DNA of 64,000 bases from Phoronis australis. Its lineage: Eukaryota; Animalia; Phoronida. The notes beneath the pieces were generated by a model. That model saw nothing but the letters and a program-made list of their open reading frames with translations, made no database searches and was not told where the DNA came from. This document shows positions 20,511 through 35,395 of the stretch, one piece after another (position 1 is the first letter of the stretch; each line of letters opens with the position of its first letter). The translations under genes were made by a program, and so were the position numbers. The stretch is from contig NMRA01000280.1 in assembly GCA_002633005.1 (NCBI GenBank), positions 78,080 through 142,079 on the forward strand, in the 5' to 3' direction.

Positions 20511-23042
20511 AAAACAACCTCCCAAAGGCAAAGTGTTATGACACTCTCTAAAAGCACTGAATTCTATGCCGCATGACGACATCGCAAATTTCATTTGTAT
20601 TTCCGTGATCATCAATTTCGCAGTATCTCGTTGCAAAATTATCTTGTTTGTCTCGTGCGGTCCGTGTTTCTATAGAGATAATTAGGGAGTGGTGAGGCTA
20701 AAAAGGTGTGTTTAACGGTTTCGAAAGTCTACAGGGTACCATAGTGATGTGATTATGTGAAAAATATGTGCAGGTCTTTGTCATCAATATGGCTACTTGG
20801 AGCGTGACTGCTGAAGGACGGGCGCGTGCGAGAAATTTTCAAGTTTTCATGAAAGAAAAATGCAAAAAGCAGTTGCAGACCTGGTTGAGAGATGCCAACT
20901 TTTCTCATGACGTCTATCCAGTTTCTGACCCGGTGGACAACAGTTTAGGGCTCGGAAATACAGGGAGGTCCCCAGTCAAAAATTGTTTTTGTGTACACGG
21001 TAAAAAATACGTCACATGACGGGAGACTATGATAAAGTATGGTTTTGCATACGGATTAATTGATGCTCCATTTCCCACTGTCCAGCTGGCTAAAAATGAA
21101 ACCAGAATTAGCCTTTTCACTTGTGAGAAACAACATGACCCCACTGAGATTTAAAACACGACCACCGGTCCTCCAGGCTGGACTGACTATCCACAAAACA
21201 GGACCTAGGAGGATCAAATGTAACTTACAGACCACTTCCAAAGATACTGTATCTGTGTAACTATGAATATTTTTGAAATCAAATAGATGTTGGAATGCCG
21301 TGTAGTTACCGACGGATAAAAATACAAAATAGTAAAACTATAATGGCGAGCGTAGGTACCGGTACTAAAATGTATTAGGGGTGTGCTAAAGACACTGTAG
21401 CGCGGGGGGATATTTTAATATATTTTAGTACCGATGCTCGTCGTTTTAGTTTTACTAGTTTTACTATTTTTATATAATATCTGTGCCACTGCGTTAACTA
21501 TAATAAAAACGTGTTCTTGGGTAAAGTATCGTTATAACCAGCATCCGCAACTGCAGGGATCGGCAAGAGATATTTTGTCAGTCGATCACGTTCAGTCCCC
21601 AGCGGTGCTGTTTTGTGGTGGAGCGGTCATGTTTTTAGGTGTATCGGTCCCATTTTATTGCCCCCCTATCGTAATATTCCGTACCGTTATAGGATTCTAT
21701 TTTCGTTACCTACGAGAATATCGACACCATCAACGACTCCAGAAAACTCTACAGAGTTTATTGAGGGAGTTTGACCAACCGTAAACTGGCGCATTAAGTA
21801 TTGCCTGTGACGGGACTGAGTTGGTAGGGTAAATAGAGTCCTATCACTGACGATCATTAAGCAAACTCACGAGACCTATTTTTTTGAAAGTAAAAGTCAA
21901 ATTTGATTTTCGTTTTTTAGACACCTGAACAGGGAGACTGAATGCAGTTTTAATTCAAACCACGAAAAGCTTGTATTTTTGTTCCAATCATTGGTTAATC
22001 ATGTGATCGAGGTTTATCGCGAATTTTGAGTTTTACAACCTCCTTTAAAACCCTGGATTCACTTTTTTAAATTTAAACCGCTCCGCTTTTGCGCCCTACT
22101 GTGACGTACGGCTCGGCAGTCTTGGGCATCTGCTAGTTTAGCAGTCGTACGTCATGCAGTCGAAAATTTACAACTCGAGATACGCACATGCCCTAGAGAT
22201 GCATTGGTCTTACGCTACTATTCCTATAAAATGAGAATACACACATAACCGCTAATTATTGAGATGATTTCTATAAATTATTTCTAGATTAAGGCCTATG
22301 CGTTCGCTTGGCCTCAGCCGTGATCAGTGGACAATACGAAAAATTCCGTCTTATTCGCCAAACTTGGGTCCTATGATTTCTGAATTTCATTGGGACTCTG
22401 GCCCGGCAGTCAACTCCAAACTTGCATTGTGCCGGTGTGACACAAATGACTCGCGGTCACTCAACATAGACAAATGACCCCAAGACCAATTTTTAAAAGA
22501 AAACGTTGAAAATTGACCCGGCCAGTTGAAATAACGACCTTCCTCGAAGTGATCCTCGTTAAATTTTGACCTCCACTTTGACGTTTGTTAAAGATGCCTT
22601 ACACAGGAGTCTCGTTCTCACAGTTAGCGGCGAAACATGGGGGGAGGGGGGACACGGTAGGCGGGGGGCATCCTCCTCTCACCAACAGGACAACAATACC
22701 GAGTGAATGTGCTGAATCATAGCGGACCAAATGGGTATTGCAGTGCCGGGGTATAAAGCACCGTGATTTCACTGACAAGCAAACACTACAGGCAGATAGC
22801 GGTGCATGACGATAAAAGGGCCGCACCGGCGTCAACGGTAGTCACCGACCACCACAGCTAGGAATCATGGTGCAGGATGTATACGGTAGCTCCCCCCCCC
22901 CCGGGGGGGCGGTCACAATTTATTCCCTGAGCCATATATGCGGGACGAAACTCCTCTGGCATATAGATAAATTAAAGTAGTGACTATGGTGGGAAAGAGT
23001 GAAAGTTTGGAATCTCCAGTCCTGGGATTATTTGCAGCATGA

Positions 23043-23480
23043 AAAGAATCCTACGTTGACACTCTAACCGTCCGAAATGAGGCAACTCGACCTGTTTGCG
23101 CACACCACAGAATTTGCCGGTTCAGATCTCTAAGACCCCTGATGCTGTTGTGGTTCATTAAATCGCCTCAGGATGCCGATGTTATCGTTAAATAGATAAG
23201 GAGACCATCATAAACACATTATGGGAGACAACAGTATTTTCAAATTTTTGTTTTGAAAGTTTGTAAATGATGCATATTTGAATTGTTCCCCCGGCCAGAA
23301 CGAAAGCACCTGTAGGCGTGACGAGGTTTTGGAATTTTGAAAACTGGACAAGGAACCGGAATGTGACATTTGCAACCTTTAACGTTTGTTTAACATTGCC
23401 TTAATATGTTCCTCAATATTTCTGCTGGATGTGCAACCTGAACTTGGAAAGGACCATCAGGCAGAGTTGGATTTTGAGGT
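23043..23480 (+). repeat. Dispersed old repeat, family A
   Basis: Colinear with 4695-5095. Confidence 0.8.
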
Positions 23481-26400
23481 AACTTGTGCTAATTTACTGG
23501 TGTCATCGTAGCCTATTGGCATATCGTGCACGGCGCTCAATTAAAGTTATCGATAGTTTTAACAAACAAGCACGTTTATACGTTTATAACTAAAACCATG
23601 CCACAAGTAAATTTTTCACTATCTCACAGGATTTAATTGTCAAATATTTAACATTCTCCTAAATTCAGGCTTCTCGACCGGACACAGCCACCCGTGTCGT
23701 TGCGTCGTCATTCGTCAAGAACACGCCAGTTCCACACCTACATGAGCGGTCGCACAATAGTGATTTGACAAAGAAAATTTACTGTTAATGAACTTATAAT
23801 CTGTGAATTAACATTCAAGGTAACACTTTATAACATAAATTTTGTTGTACTTTACGCTTACGTAATTTTTTTTAAAGTTGATGTTGTATGCTTCTATCTT
23901 ATAAACACCAATCAAGTTTCTTTGCCGGGAATTTTTATTTTAGAAACAGCCACAAAGTCCACAACCAACAGGTGGCAAAAGAAGTTGAGAAAACTTTTAA
24001 TAGGAAGAAGGTGTCGAACATACTGTCGCTTCTGGTTCCTATTATTTAATCTTGTGAGTATTTATACTAATGCATGAACTTCAAAATACTGTACTTGTTC
24101 GCTTGAATGATTTTTTGTGTACTAGGCCTAATCTAACTTACTATTAGGCGGGAGACGGTACAAGTCGAGTCCTTGTCGAGGTTTTTGTCCGCTCTGTGGT
24201 CATGTCATGCCATGGCATTATCATCATAGTCTAAAACTGTGTCTAGTACGTCAGTATGAGTTAGTTTTGTTGGTCCTTCACTGTATTTGTTATCGGTCCT
24301 CATCGCGGGAGCCGGTGATATCTTTTGAGTGAAAAGATACGGAACAGTGAAAACTAGAAAGCTCCAAAATTGTAGACTGTCTAAGCTTTGCATTTTTTTG
24401 ATGTTTTTTGCCTTTGAATTTGTAATTTGATAATTGCTTCACTTGCAACTTTGTAAGTTAAAATCCAGTTCTATTACTAGTGTAATTTTCTTGGCCATAC
24501 AATGGAGAAGACCGCTGTCAGTCTTACACCAATAATGGTCACAACTTATTAGGGCAGCTGACCTACATAATTGTCATAATTTCCATAAATTTATGTCAAA
24601 ACACTGTGGGAGTCGTATTTTTCAGTTTACTTGTACCTAATCTATTGTTTACCACAAACTGATTTTTTTACATATTGTTCAGTAAATTTTATTTTATCAA
24701 CCAAGAAAGTCAGTCGTGACAATTGAGCATTCCCAGGCATTACAGAGTGATTGACTGTTCAGCATGGACAAGCGATTAGACACTGACAGTGGGAGTTGTT
24801 ACACATGTGTATGTCCGTCAGAAGTCAGTAATTCCAAGAGGTGGCACTGGTGCTGGCTACACTGTTCTCCCTTCTGTTTTGTTACGTTTCGTACTGGACC
24901 ATTAAAGAATCAGCTTTTCTCTTCACATGACATTGGGAAACCGGGCTGTTCAGTATTATCTTGTAGTTGGACAATGCCCCTCTACATCAAGCAGGAAAAC
25001 CCAGTGTCGCTGTCTACCCATGATATCACGGAAATTGGTCTGAGTTCCTATTGTGTTGTACAGGGCAATTATCGCACGGCAGTTTAATATTGGCTAAAAT
25101 AGGTTGAAATGTCAAGGACAGAAACTGGTAATTGTTAAGGTGTTTGACTTTTGAAATTGAATTCCTCATGAAAAGTTAATGAAGAATCCTTCTGTCGTGG
25201 AAGAAATACAATAAAAATTGACCAAAAGGCAGCGATGGGTTTTTATTTGTTGACATCAATTTTGAATCGATGAGAGCTTACATTAATATATTCATTCAGT
25301 GTGGTAGATAATTGTCATTTACGTGATGATGTCGGACAGAAACACTAAGCCAGGCAATTAAGAAAAGAAAGATTGATATCGTGCCTCTGAAAATCGGTAT
25401 CGTGTGGAATACAAACAAAACAGGAATAAATGATACCACCTAAGTGATTGCTGAAAATACAATTGTCAGTAAATATTGAAAGCTCACTAAATGAATCTAT
25501 CAGTTTCATTTTGAAAAGTACAAGCATTATATTTTGCATGGTTGGGAATAGTAGTAACCACCACAGGTAATTCTTTGTTTTTTTTGCAAAATTTTGGCCA
25601 AATTATGTTCCATGAGGTTTCTAGTTGTAGCCTTGTGTCTGTCAGTCTCTGTCAAATTGGGTTTGACCGAGTTATTGATTTTGCTGTTGACATCTGACAT
25701 GATTACTTTGATTAGACATTGTTGTCAATGGAATTGTGATAATTGATCATACAATAAGAATAACGTATTCTCGTAGTCCTTGATTCTCAGTTTAGAACTA
25801 GTTTCATCTTCTGATCTAACATGACTAGTTACTAAATCTCAACAATTTTGGACGACGACAGTTGTCAAAGTTGACCTAACAGTGTCGTGATTCCCACAAT
25901 TCCACCTTAGCATTCTCTATTGATAAGTATGTTATAGAACTTGGCAAGTGATGAAGCATTTATTCGGCTTCTTATTCTTTAAGATAAATAAAATTTCACT
26001 TTGTGATATTTTACCCTGTATAAATAGTTATTATCCAAATTCTGTCAGGTTGCCTTTTTTCGGGAAGGTATGGATCACTAAAACAGATTATTACTACGCA
26101 ATGAATGTCTAGACTTCTGCACATTTAATGGAGAGAACAGACATTTCATTTCTCCACTGGTTTATGTTTGGTATTCAGTCTACTTATCTGTTAGTGAAAG
26201 GTTGACTGATCTTAAATAGGAACTATTGTGTCTGGCCAAAAACCGTATTTAGTTCATTCATTACAAAACAACGCCACTGCTATTAAAGCCCAAGATGAGA
26301 TCTCAAAAATGTTACAATTTCTAAGTTGTTCTTTTAATTCTTAATAATACAACGTTATTTTTTGTAAAAACCATTGAAACCGCAATTTGGTAGCTCCCAT

Positions 26401-26896
26401 GTCAATGTTTGTGTTTATAAATTTGTTACCGTTAGGCTAGTGTTTTATAATTGCAAAACTGTAGTTGAATAAAATTAATTTAACGGTTATCTTCGCTGGC
26501 ATCTTAGTTATCACTAGATGTCATAAATAACAACAAGTGATGTGGTATTATTTGATTTTTCCAAATATCCACCATTTCTGCACGAAAAGCAGTTCATTTG
26601 GTTATTATCTGATCAAAGACGTATTTTTACACAAATTAAACAAGTAACACCCGCTTAACGTTTTCGGAGTGCCATCTTGCGATACTTTGATAATTCACAC
26701 ATCAAATTGCATTAACTTCAGTGTCTGCCAACTGCGGAAGCTGGTGTGAAAGGCTTGACTACTAGAGTGAAGTTGGTATGAAAAAGCCGTAAATGCAATT
26801 TGATAGATTTGAACTAGCCTAGGAACAGGTTGGCTTTGAACAAGATTCGTGATATCTTGATCTGTTAAATCAATAGATTATCTTGTGGGATATATG

Positions 26897-26936
26897 CAAA
26901 CAAATTAATGCTTTTCAAACAAATTAATGCTTTTCA
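26897..26936. repeat. Tandem duplication of 19-bp unit CAAACAAATTAATGCTTTT
   Basis: Two adjacent identical units. Confidence 0.85.
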
Positions 26937-29900
26937 GATGCGAAGGTTTTATCATAGGCAAAGGTTTTTGTATAGCTTGAGTTAAGGTTATGCAGATAGA
27001 CATCTTTGGTATGCGCCATTCTCTCATGATAAAAAGAAAAATAACTTATCTTTGTATTGGTCAAGAATTTTTTGCATGTGGTATCTATGACCTTATTCAT
27101 AAATATTTAGTGCATTCTAAGGATAATATGCAATGTTCAATCCAGGTGACCTGTTAGGTCATTGTGCTGTACTTACTTCATCTACAGGAATGTGTCACCC
27201 AAGGCTACTTTTTGTTATTACCATAGGCGCTTTTGAAAGGCAAGTTAGTCTGCACTAAAACTTACTCAACACCATTTTCTAGTGTGAAGTGAAACTTGGA
27301 AAAGACAATTTAAACCTTACTGAAATTCTGGAAGATGTTGCTGCAGTAATTTTATTAACCACTGGTTATTGGCTATCCCATGTGATGTACCAGTGTGAAC
27401 AAGGAAATGTGCTAACTTATTTAGCAACAAACTACTTGAAAGTCAAAGATTACATATAGTAATGATAGTACTTAATGCTTTTGTCTCATGTATTGTCAAA
27501 GGAGATGCTTCTGACTCATCCTAAAAAAATCCAGTTCCCAAGTTACTGGGGGGGGGGGGGGNGGGGGGGTTAATAAATCAATCTGGGTATTCATTCTGGT
27601 TGGGGTTATAACTATAATAGAGTTTGAAAAATCACTAGGTTATTGTTGCCCTGCATTCTGTTAAAATGAGTCCTGGAGAAGTGTATCTGAAACCAGACTT
27701 GATAAAAGAATACCTGAAGGGGATGTGGTTTTCAAATCCTTCTGGATCACCCTTTCTGTGATCCTACGTATTTTGCCTGGGTTGTGCTTTAAGCTATGTT
27801 GCAGAGTTGAGTGGTCAATAAGTGTCATTTATCATGACATAAGGGAAAACTAAAATAGAAACGAAGATTCTGCAAGATGGAAAAATGTCTGGGGAACCAG
27901 AGCGTAGGAACGAAGTTAGAGGGGAACATCAATTAAAGTGCAAAAAAATATTGTAAAAAAGCAACTCGTGTTGAGTCGTGTGGCACAGTTGACTTACACT
28001 AAGTGATAGTATGCGGTGTCAAATGAATGAGAACTGACCAATGAAGAATGAATAAGCTTGGTGTGCTAATACCAAAGTAGTATAGTGCTAAAAATAGAAA
28101 AAGATGAAAAGGGAAAATAATCCCTATTAATAACCACATTTAATTAGTCATAATAAATTTTAATTCTTTACTTTTCTGTTATCAGTGAGTTGTAATTAAG
28201 AGATTGTATAAAACAGTCAGTTTGGTTTCATGATTTTGAAAGATGTAATCGGCTATGGTCCCGGGGGGTACTTGACAGGTCGGTTCAGCTAGTAAATTAG
28301 GATGCCCCCCATGTATTTAGAGAGACCCATTTGTTGGGAACTTGGATGAAAGAGTCACATTCTTGAGGATTTTATGCTAGAAATGTCACCTTTTTAGCCT
28401 GGGTCAATTCCCTCAACCTAACCCTCTCGTTGAAATTCTGAATTTTTAACCCAGTCTGAAATGAGTATATCTTTTGTAGCCAAAGTTGTTTCAAATATAA
28501 ATATTGTAAAATAGATTTTTTATCTGTACATTTGTATGTAGTTCAAAAGGAGATAACCTTTTGTAGAGTTTCAAACTCTCAAAGTGAACCCTTTTGTTAG
28601 GAATTAAGTCAGAAAGATACGTTTACATAGAGGTCTGTTTCAGAAAAGCCCAATTCCTTTGGATAACTGGTCATGAAAAAGTCACCTTTCTGAGTGGCAC
28701 GTCTCATATACCTCTTGTATGGTAAGGTGAAAATTTCGTCAGTTCAGGCAGTTGAAATTTCATTTCATCAAATTTCTGACCAAAATAGCTTTTTGTGAAA
28801 ATTTACTTTACTTTTAGCATGGCTTGTATGGGGTACCTATTACCAACAACATGTACTAAAATTTTCAGCATTTGTAACAATGTGACAAGCCTCCAAAAAA
28901 TCAAAATATGGCAGTTTTAGCAATTATTTTTGTCCCAAATTGAAAATTTTTTACCTGTTGCTTCTCAAGCAAGTTTCTGTGCAGCAAACTTGATTGGTGT
29001 TTGCACTGGTATGGCCTGACCTTGCTGCAAGTCATGGTCAGGTCAGCCAAATTTCCAGAGTTTTGCAGTCTTGATGTGTCACTTCGTTTTTGGAGCAAGC
29101 GATTAGAATATTTTAAATGACACACTGTGATCACTTTGTCAACTGGCACATGAAACTTGTGTCAGCATACACTGCTTATTTTGTCTTGCCAATTTTTTTT
29201 TAAGGTCACAAGTATAAAATGCTCATGTGACCCATACTTCCACTATGTCCCAGGGACAAAGAAAATTCTTGCCAAATGTGGGTGTAAGGTCAGTATGTTT
29301 GAAATGCAGGTGCTCATAGAGTTGCTGAAGTATTAGTTCCTTTGAACAGTTAGTAGATTTTCAACCTTGAAAGGCTCTGTGGGTCAATATTGACTCATAT
29401 TTTTGATAGGCTCGTTGGCCATTTGTCAGGTTTATATCTAGGAGGTTATCCAGCATGACCTCTGGTGGTAGTCACATTGTCATTTTCTTGGAACGTGAGT
29501 CTTGTGTCCTATAACATACTTCTTGTTTCAATTTGGATTGTATTTATCATGAAAGAGACTTTCCCTGTGAAAACAAATTTCATGCAACACAGTTAAATTG
29601 TAGTTGCTTGCATATACTTTCGTAATAGTTTGTTTCGTCAATTCTACCGTGGGAAATGCCTAACGTTTCGATCTCTAATTTGTCAAAGTGATGCTTGAAT
29701 CATCTCTAAATTCAAGTTTCATTTACAAATGGAGGCCATTTTCTACTTTTAGATTGATTTTGTTAATAAAAACTCCAGAATTTACTAGGTAAGATATGCT
29801 TTTGCTTTGGGCAATGTTAAGTATTCAGGCAAAATCACCTGGAATTACCTTTCATGATGGCTGGACAGAAAGCAAATGCATCGTCAGAGTGTCTTTCCCC

Positions 29901-32598
29901 TTTTGACCGAAAATGAAGATGATTAATGGGAAAGTTGGGAAGATGGCTTAGTTGTTCTTTAAATTGCTGCTGTTACAGTTATTACTATTTGCCATTTTTG
30001 TTGTTAACAGAATTGGTGGTGGTGATGAAAAAATGCCATATTTCTCATCAAAAATTAGCACCTAGATAGTTCTATGGAATAAATAATACAATCTGTGCTA
30101 TATAGCTGTGATGAATAACTCTTCTTGCTGAATTTTTCATCATCTGTAACCGAGTAAGCCTTTGATATATTATCATACTGGCCTGAATTGTTATGCACGA
30201 AATAAGCGAAGAATTAGGGAGTGTGTCCTCAAAACTTACAATAACAATTGTAAGATGTCAAAATTTGACACCTTGAGAATTGATGAATCACAGCAATATT
30301 TAAGTTTCAAAAACTGATCTGATAACAAAAGACTTGAGCTTTCTCAATGTTCAGTATGTTTTATGGGTGACTGATAAGCGTGTGGCTTTTTCAAGGACTT
30401 TGAACACTATATGAGCAAATATTTACAAGCAAAGTGCTGCAGACAGCTTCTTTTTGCTTTTAGTCATATTTTATTGGGTAAGTGACATGCTACAGGTTTC
30501 CAGCTATCTATAGGCCAATATAAGTAGCATAAGTTTCACCTGCAGAGCTGAATTATAGTTGAAGTTCCCCACCTGTTGCTGGGCAAATGTTCGAGCCAAG
30601 TAGACTGCATGTTGGTACAGGCCTTGTAAATCATGTTAGCATATCCCCAACTATGATGAGTGGTTGTTATGAACTAAGCTGTACACACTAATAGTCCTGT
30701 TATCTTGTAGGCCTTCTCAGTATTGTGTTGTGTTCCTTGAAGCAATAAAATCTTGTTTACCTTCTATATGTATTACTCTTGTGTTATCTGCCTGAACCCA
30801 TATTATTAATAACCATAATGGGGTATTTTCCAAGGAATAAGATTGTACACTACTAGTAGTTATCAGGCACAGTCTATTGATGCAAACAAGTGATGTCTAC
30901 AATGAGTATAACTGATAAAACATGGTTATACCCTCAAAGAATGTTTGCAAACACCATGCGAAGGATTTTTTTAAACATATCGTATGGATTTTTCATGTGG
31001 CTGTAGACCATTATTAAGTTCGCAGTCTGGTCGATTATTACATAAATCCCTCATTGCAAGCTGACCGTATGAATGCGTTAAGAATTTTGTAGAAAGTCCA
31101 CAAGATGTCCATGGGTTACTGAGGGGGTCAGGAGACAATGCCGGAGCCCTCAAATTTCTACGATTATAAGTATGCCTCAAGCTGTTCTTGAAGGCCCATT
31201 ACGGCTTTCACATGAACACCTTCTGAACAGAGATTCATAGAGCGTGAATGTCTCCTGGCACTCATTATGCGTTTTAAAATGCTCGTGAGGTAGAATTATG
31301 TAGCTGCAACTTGTGCANTTTTTTTTTTTTTTTTGGTCCTTCCGATTTTTGTCGGGGAAAGGTTCACATTGACCAGTTCTAGGCTGGTTATCGGGCGATG
31401 ATTTGGGCCGTAAAAGTTTCAAAGTTTCCGCGTTTTTTGTCATTGGTCATTCCAAGCCCTGTGTATAGGGGTCTATAAAGGAAATATGTGCAGTACAATT
31501 TCTCATCAATTGTTAGATTTTTTAAATGAAAACAGTACTCTTGGGACCCAAAGAGAAAGGGAAGGACACTCCTGCTAGGAAAGCATGAACTTTCGGACCA
31601 TCATATGACCGAAAAGCACTTAATTTTTTTAAGAATGTCTCCAGTTGCTCGTGTGGATTGAATGGTTTCCAGATGATGAATTTTGGTGAAGTTAGAAATT
31701 TGTAGAGGTTTGTGTGTACTTATAGTTCGTAAGAATCTTTATGGCCATTGATAGCCATGTTTGTCTTGTTGAATGTGTTAACTTTTGACATTGTGCCAGC
31801 AGTTTTTGAAAGCTCCACTGGAGTTTAATTTGCAAAATATTTATGCCTACCAGTCATTGAAAATTGTTTTCTGAAATCTTTGTAGTGGGTTGAGTAGTTT
31901 TCAAAGACATGATTGTGATCTCGAATTTTTGTTAATAAATATTAATTCTCAGGGACAATACCTGGGGGGGTGGGGAGGGGACTCTTCAACATTCCCACTT
32001 GAGATGATACCTGAAAGGGAGAAGTACCGGTACCTTCCTGAGGTGATGCATGAAGGTGAAATGCCCACTCAAAATGATACTGACAGGAGAGGGTGAGTAT
32101 TTAAAAATACTCATTCCAGTAGGTATTGTGTCCATACCAACCCATCCCATGGAAGCGCCACCTGGGAGTCCTACTTACAAAAAGTGGGTAGGTCAATTAT
32201 ACAAGGTATTTTCTTATTACCTCTGCAAAAAAGGAGAGTTGATATCTTTCCATTTTCTAAAATCTTCAAACTAAGGAAGCAAGAACAGTCCCACCGATGT
32301 CCTCTGGACTGAAGCAGTTGCTAATGCAAAGTTACCGGTTGCTGTGATTTTCTTTCTGAGAATGAAATATCAGTGGTTTCAGGAGTTTTACAATTTGTCT
32401 GTAAATAATTGTGCTGCGTGTATGTTTTTGCTCCTCTACAACCAGGGGTTAATATTCAGCGAGTCTTTTTTTATATTGATAATATATTTATCGGCTAAAA
32501 ACCAAAGGCTGTTCATGATACTGCTACATGGCTATTAAGTGGATAATAGGCATCTCGTTTGTTAAGCTTTTTTGCTGTCATTTTACATAAAATATTTA

Positions 32599-32858
32599 CA
32601 GTACTCTCCAAAAGTATTCGGACAAAATAACCTGGACTTCCCCATCATGGTGGCTGGGCAGAAGCCGAATACTTCATCCAAATAGTTTTTCCTCATGACC
32701 AAGAGTGAATGAACAGGAAAATTAGAGACGTGGCTTGGCCACTCTGTAATAAGGCTTTTACCGCCCTAATAGTTATTATGAGTCTTGTTTGCTGTTGTCT
32801 GCATTACCTGTCATAAGGAGGAAACTGTATTTTGTCCAAATACTTTTGTCTTTTACTG
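32599..32858. mobile_element. Tc1/mariner-type MITE (260 bp)
   Basis: TA on both flanks; imperfect TIR CAGTA.....CAAAAGTATT(C/T)GGACAAAATA. Confidence 0.8.
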
Positions 32859-33371
32859 TATTTGTGAACCATAATGAATTAAGTGACAAAGCAGCTGTTA
32901 CAATAATGAAGCATAATTTTACTGACAAATTAGAAATTTTGTTCAGTACCAGCTTTCAGTAATAGTTGTTCACAGTGGTCAGATTGTTAGAGAAATTTAG
33001 GTTCTGATTCTGTGTAAGAACTCAATGTATTAGCTTGGGAGTATCAGACAGTTTATTGTCACTTGAGGCCATGTTCAGTGCATAAAATGTCCTCTGTCCC
33101 TTGAAGCAAACTTATTCAGTCTGGTCTCAAAGCAACTATGACAAGTCTGTTCTTCGCAAGCCCAGAAATCACTGGGAAGGGCCTTTTCTCATTAAGTCCG
33201 CTAGAAAGTGATTTTCGGCTTTTCGTTCACTCTCGGCACTTATCCGACATCAAATTTATTGCCTTTTGGTGCCAGGATCAAGGAATTTATTGCAAGTTTC
33301 TGGTGAGATTTCAAAGTCAACATTTTTTGGTAGGATAGTGTATTTTTTCAAGTATGAATCATATCGTGTAC

Positions 33372-33404
33372 ATATGTATATGTATATGTATATGTATATA
33401 TATA
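33372..33404. repeat. (TATATG)n microsatellite
   Basis: Directly visible. Confidence 0.8.
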
Positions 33405-33720
33405 CTTATGCATGCATATATAAATATATTAATTGGATATAAACTGAAAAGAAATGTTTATTTTTGTAGGATGGCGAACACTTGATGAAAATGATTTCTA
33501 ATTTTTTATGCAACAATGTAGCGATAAGTCCAATAATATTAAAGTTCAGCAATCCAGTGTACAGACATGGTGATGCTTTGTTCTCAATTTCACATGTTTA
33601 TTGCGGATTTAAGTTGCACTTTTAACTTTGCTTCAAGATTGAATTTAAGGTTATGAGATATCCTGCAAGAGAATTACTGATCTGATGAAGAATGATATTG
33701 GTCATTGTAATAAACACTCA

Positions 33721-34275
33721 GGTAACTGGATGGAGAACAATTTTCAGTTAGTCGCAAACCCACCACTCAATATTCCTTTGAGAGTACCAATGAACTTCGC
33801 CATCTGGGGTTCACTCTGGTGTTTAGCGATAACTTCAATATCATCTAGTGGGAAAGGTAAGTGAAATTTCGTCAAAGCTTCAGTAAAGCGAAGTTACCCT
33901 AATGAGAATGCAACATGAGTGACTCTACTGAGAATAACACACTTCTGAAAATGATTTTAGATCTTATTTCAGTTTCTTGTGCAGTCATGCGAAGTCTGCC
34001 CACCTTAAACCTTTCAAAGTCATGTACAGTAAACAACTCAATAACACATATTACTCTTGAGGCGCTTTCCCATTAGGGGAACTTTGGTTTACGGAAGCTT
34101 CACCAAACTTTGCTTACCTGTTCCACTAGATAGCCACATTGAAGTTATCACTAGATCGCGATTCAGTCATCAGAGTAAACACCAGATGAGGCAGTTTATT
34201 CTTATTCTCAAACGAATATTGAGTGGTGTGTTCAAGGCGAACTGAAAATTATACTCTTGACATTCACCAGTTACC
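33721..34275. repeat. Diverged inverted repeat with ~200-bp arms (33721-33919 and 34055-34275)
   Basis: The reverse complement of the right arm aligns to the left arm (GGTAACTGG, CACCACTCAATATTC, GATAACTTCAAT, TCTAGTGG..AGGTAAG, AAGCTTC, CCCTAATG). Confidence 0.8.
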
Positions 34276-35181
34276 GTATGAAAATGATCAGTGTTATTCT
34301 TCATCATGTGTACTCTTTTACTTATTTACGTCGGTTCATGAATTAGAATGACTTACTGAAATGTACCTACGAAAGCTAACTCTTCTCTAACAAAGAACAC
34401 ATTTTGCGGAATATCTCATTGAGTCTTGTGTTATGCTATATCGTTGCCTCGACCTCTACCCATAACTTCGCCGAAATTTCCCCTCTGACCTTTCCCACTA
34501 CACCAAAGTTTCGGGAGTACCGAAACTTCACTTTCAAATCGTACTGCAAAGTTTCACTTTCAGATTAATTACCGGAGTTAACCTTTCCCACTCTTTACCC
34601 AAAGTCGTCTCTATGGGAAGGCATTGTTGACGGTCACAATTTACCTTAATTATGGGAATTTATGATGGAATGACCTGCAAATTCAAAGTAATTTACATGT
34701 AATACCCAACAAAGTTATGAGCGGAAACATATCTTCAAATAATGGTGACCTCTATGGGAATAGATTATTCAAATTTCAAATTAATTAAACGCAGAAACAT
34801 ATGTAGGTCCCTATATCAATATAATTTACGTGCAGTGTTTGATACTGCAGCTATATAGAATTTTCAAAAGTGACTGCCTTTATTGGTGCAAATTCTCAAT
34901 ATATCTGACCCCAAAATAGCCCCATTAAGTTCACTAAACACATAAAATAGGTGCAGATATCTAAGTAATTTACCTGCAGTGCTTGGTAACGGAAGTTAAT
35001 ATAACCAAAAATAGAATTTTACTCAAAACTTACCTTATTAAGCTGCATAATTTAAAAAAGCTCAATGTTGACAAGATTACAGCCCAACTATAACACTACA
35101 GGCAGCTACCTAGACATGAAACAACCACAAAATCTTACTCTACTAAAGATTTCAAGGTACACATTTCTGGCTACTGGACTA

Positions 35182-35395
35182 CATGCAAAAATGGAATATT
35201 TTCAAAACTGTTCTAAGACTGTTAAAACAGGGTTTTGAAGAACAGAACATAAAGCACGGAATCTGAAAGTTTCATTTAAATTCAAGGTGCCATCTCTGAG
35301 ATCTGATGTTACGAAGTTGGCCAAATTTTGTCATTTTCTGAGGTCCTACAAAACCGTAAATCTGGATATTTCACAGTAATTGACCGAGATAAGCA
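35182..35395 (+). repeat. Dispersed repeat, family B; inverted homolog at 39082-39282
   Basis: CATGCAAAA.TGGAA.ATTT.CAAAACT..CTGAGAT..TGTT..GAA.TGGCCAAATT..AGGTCCT is shared with the reverse complement of 39082-39282. Confidence 0.75.

Noticed and set aside
20540-22960. GC-richer patches with TE-like texture, a 12-bp inverted repeat (CGGTACTAAAAT, ~21360-21433) and a 116-aa ORF at 21434
   Set aside because: Could not establish paired termini, TSDs or protein motifs; probably old non-autonomous TE fragments.
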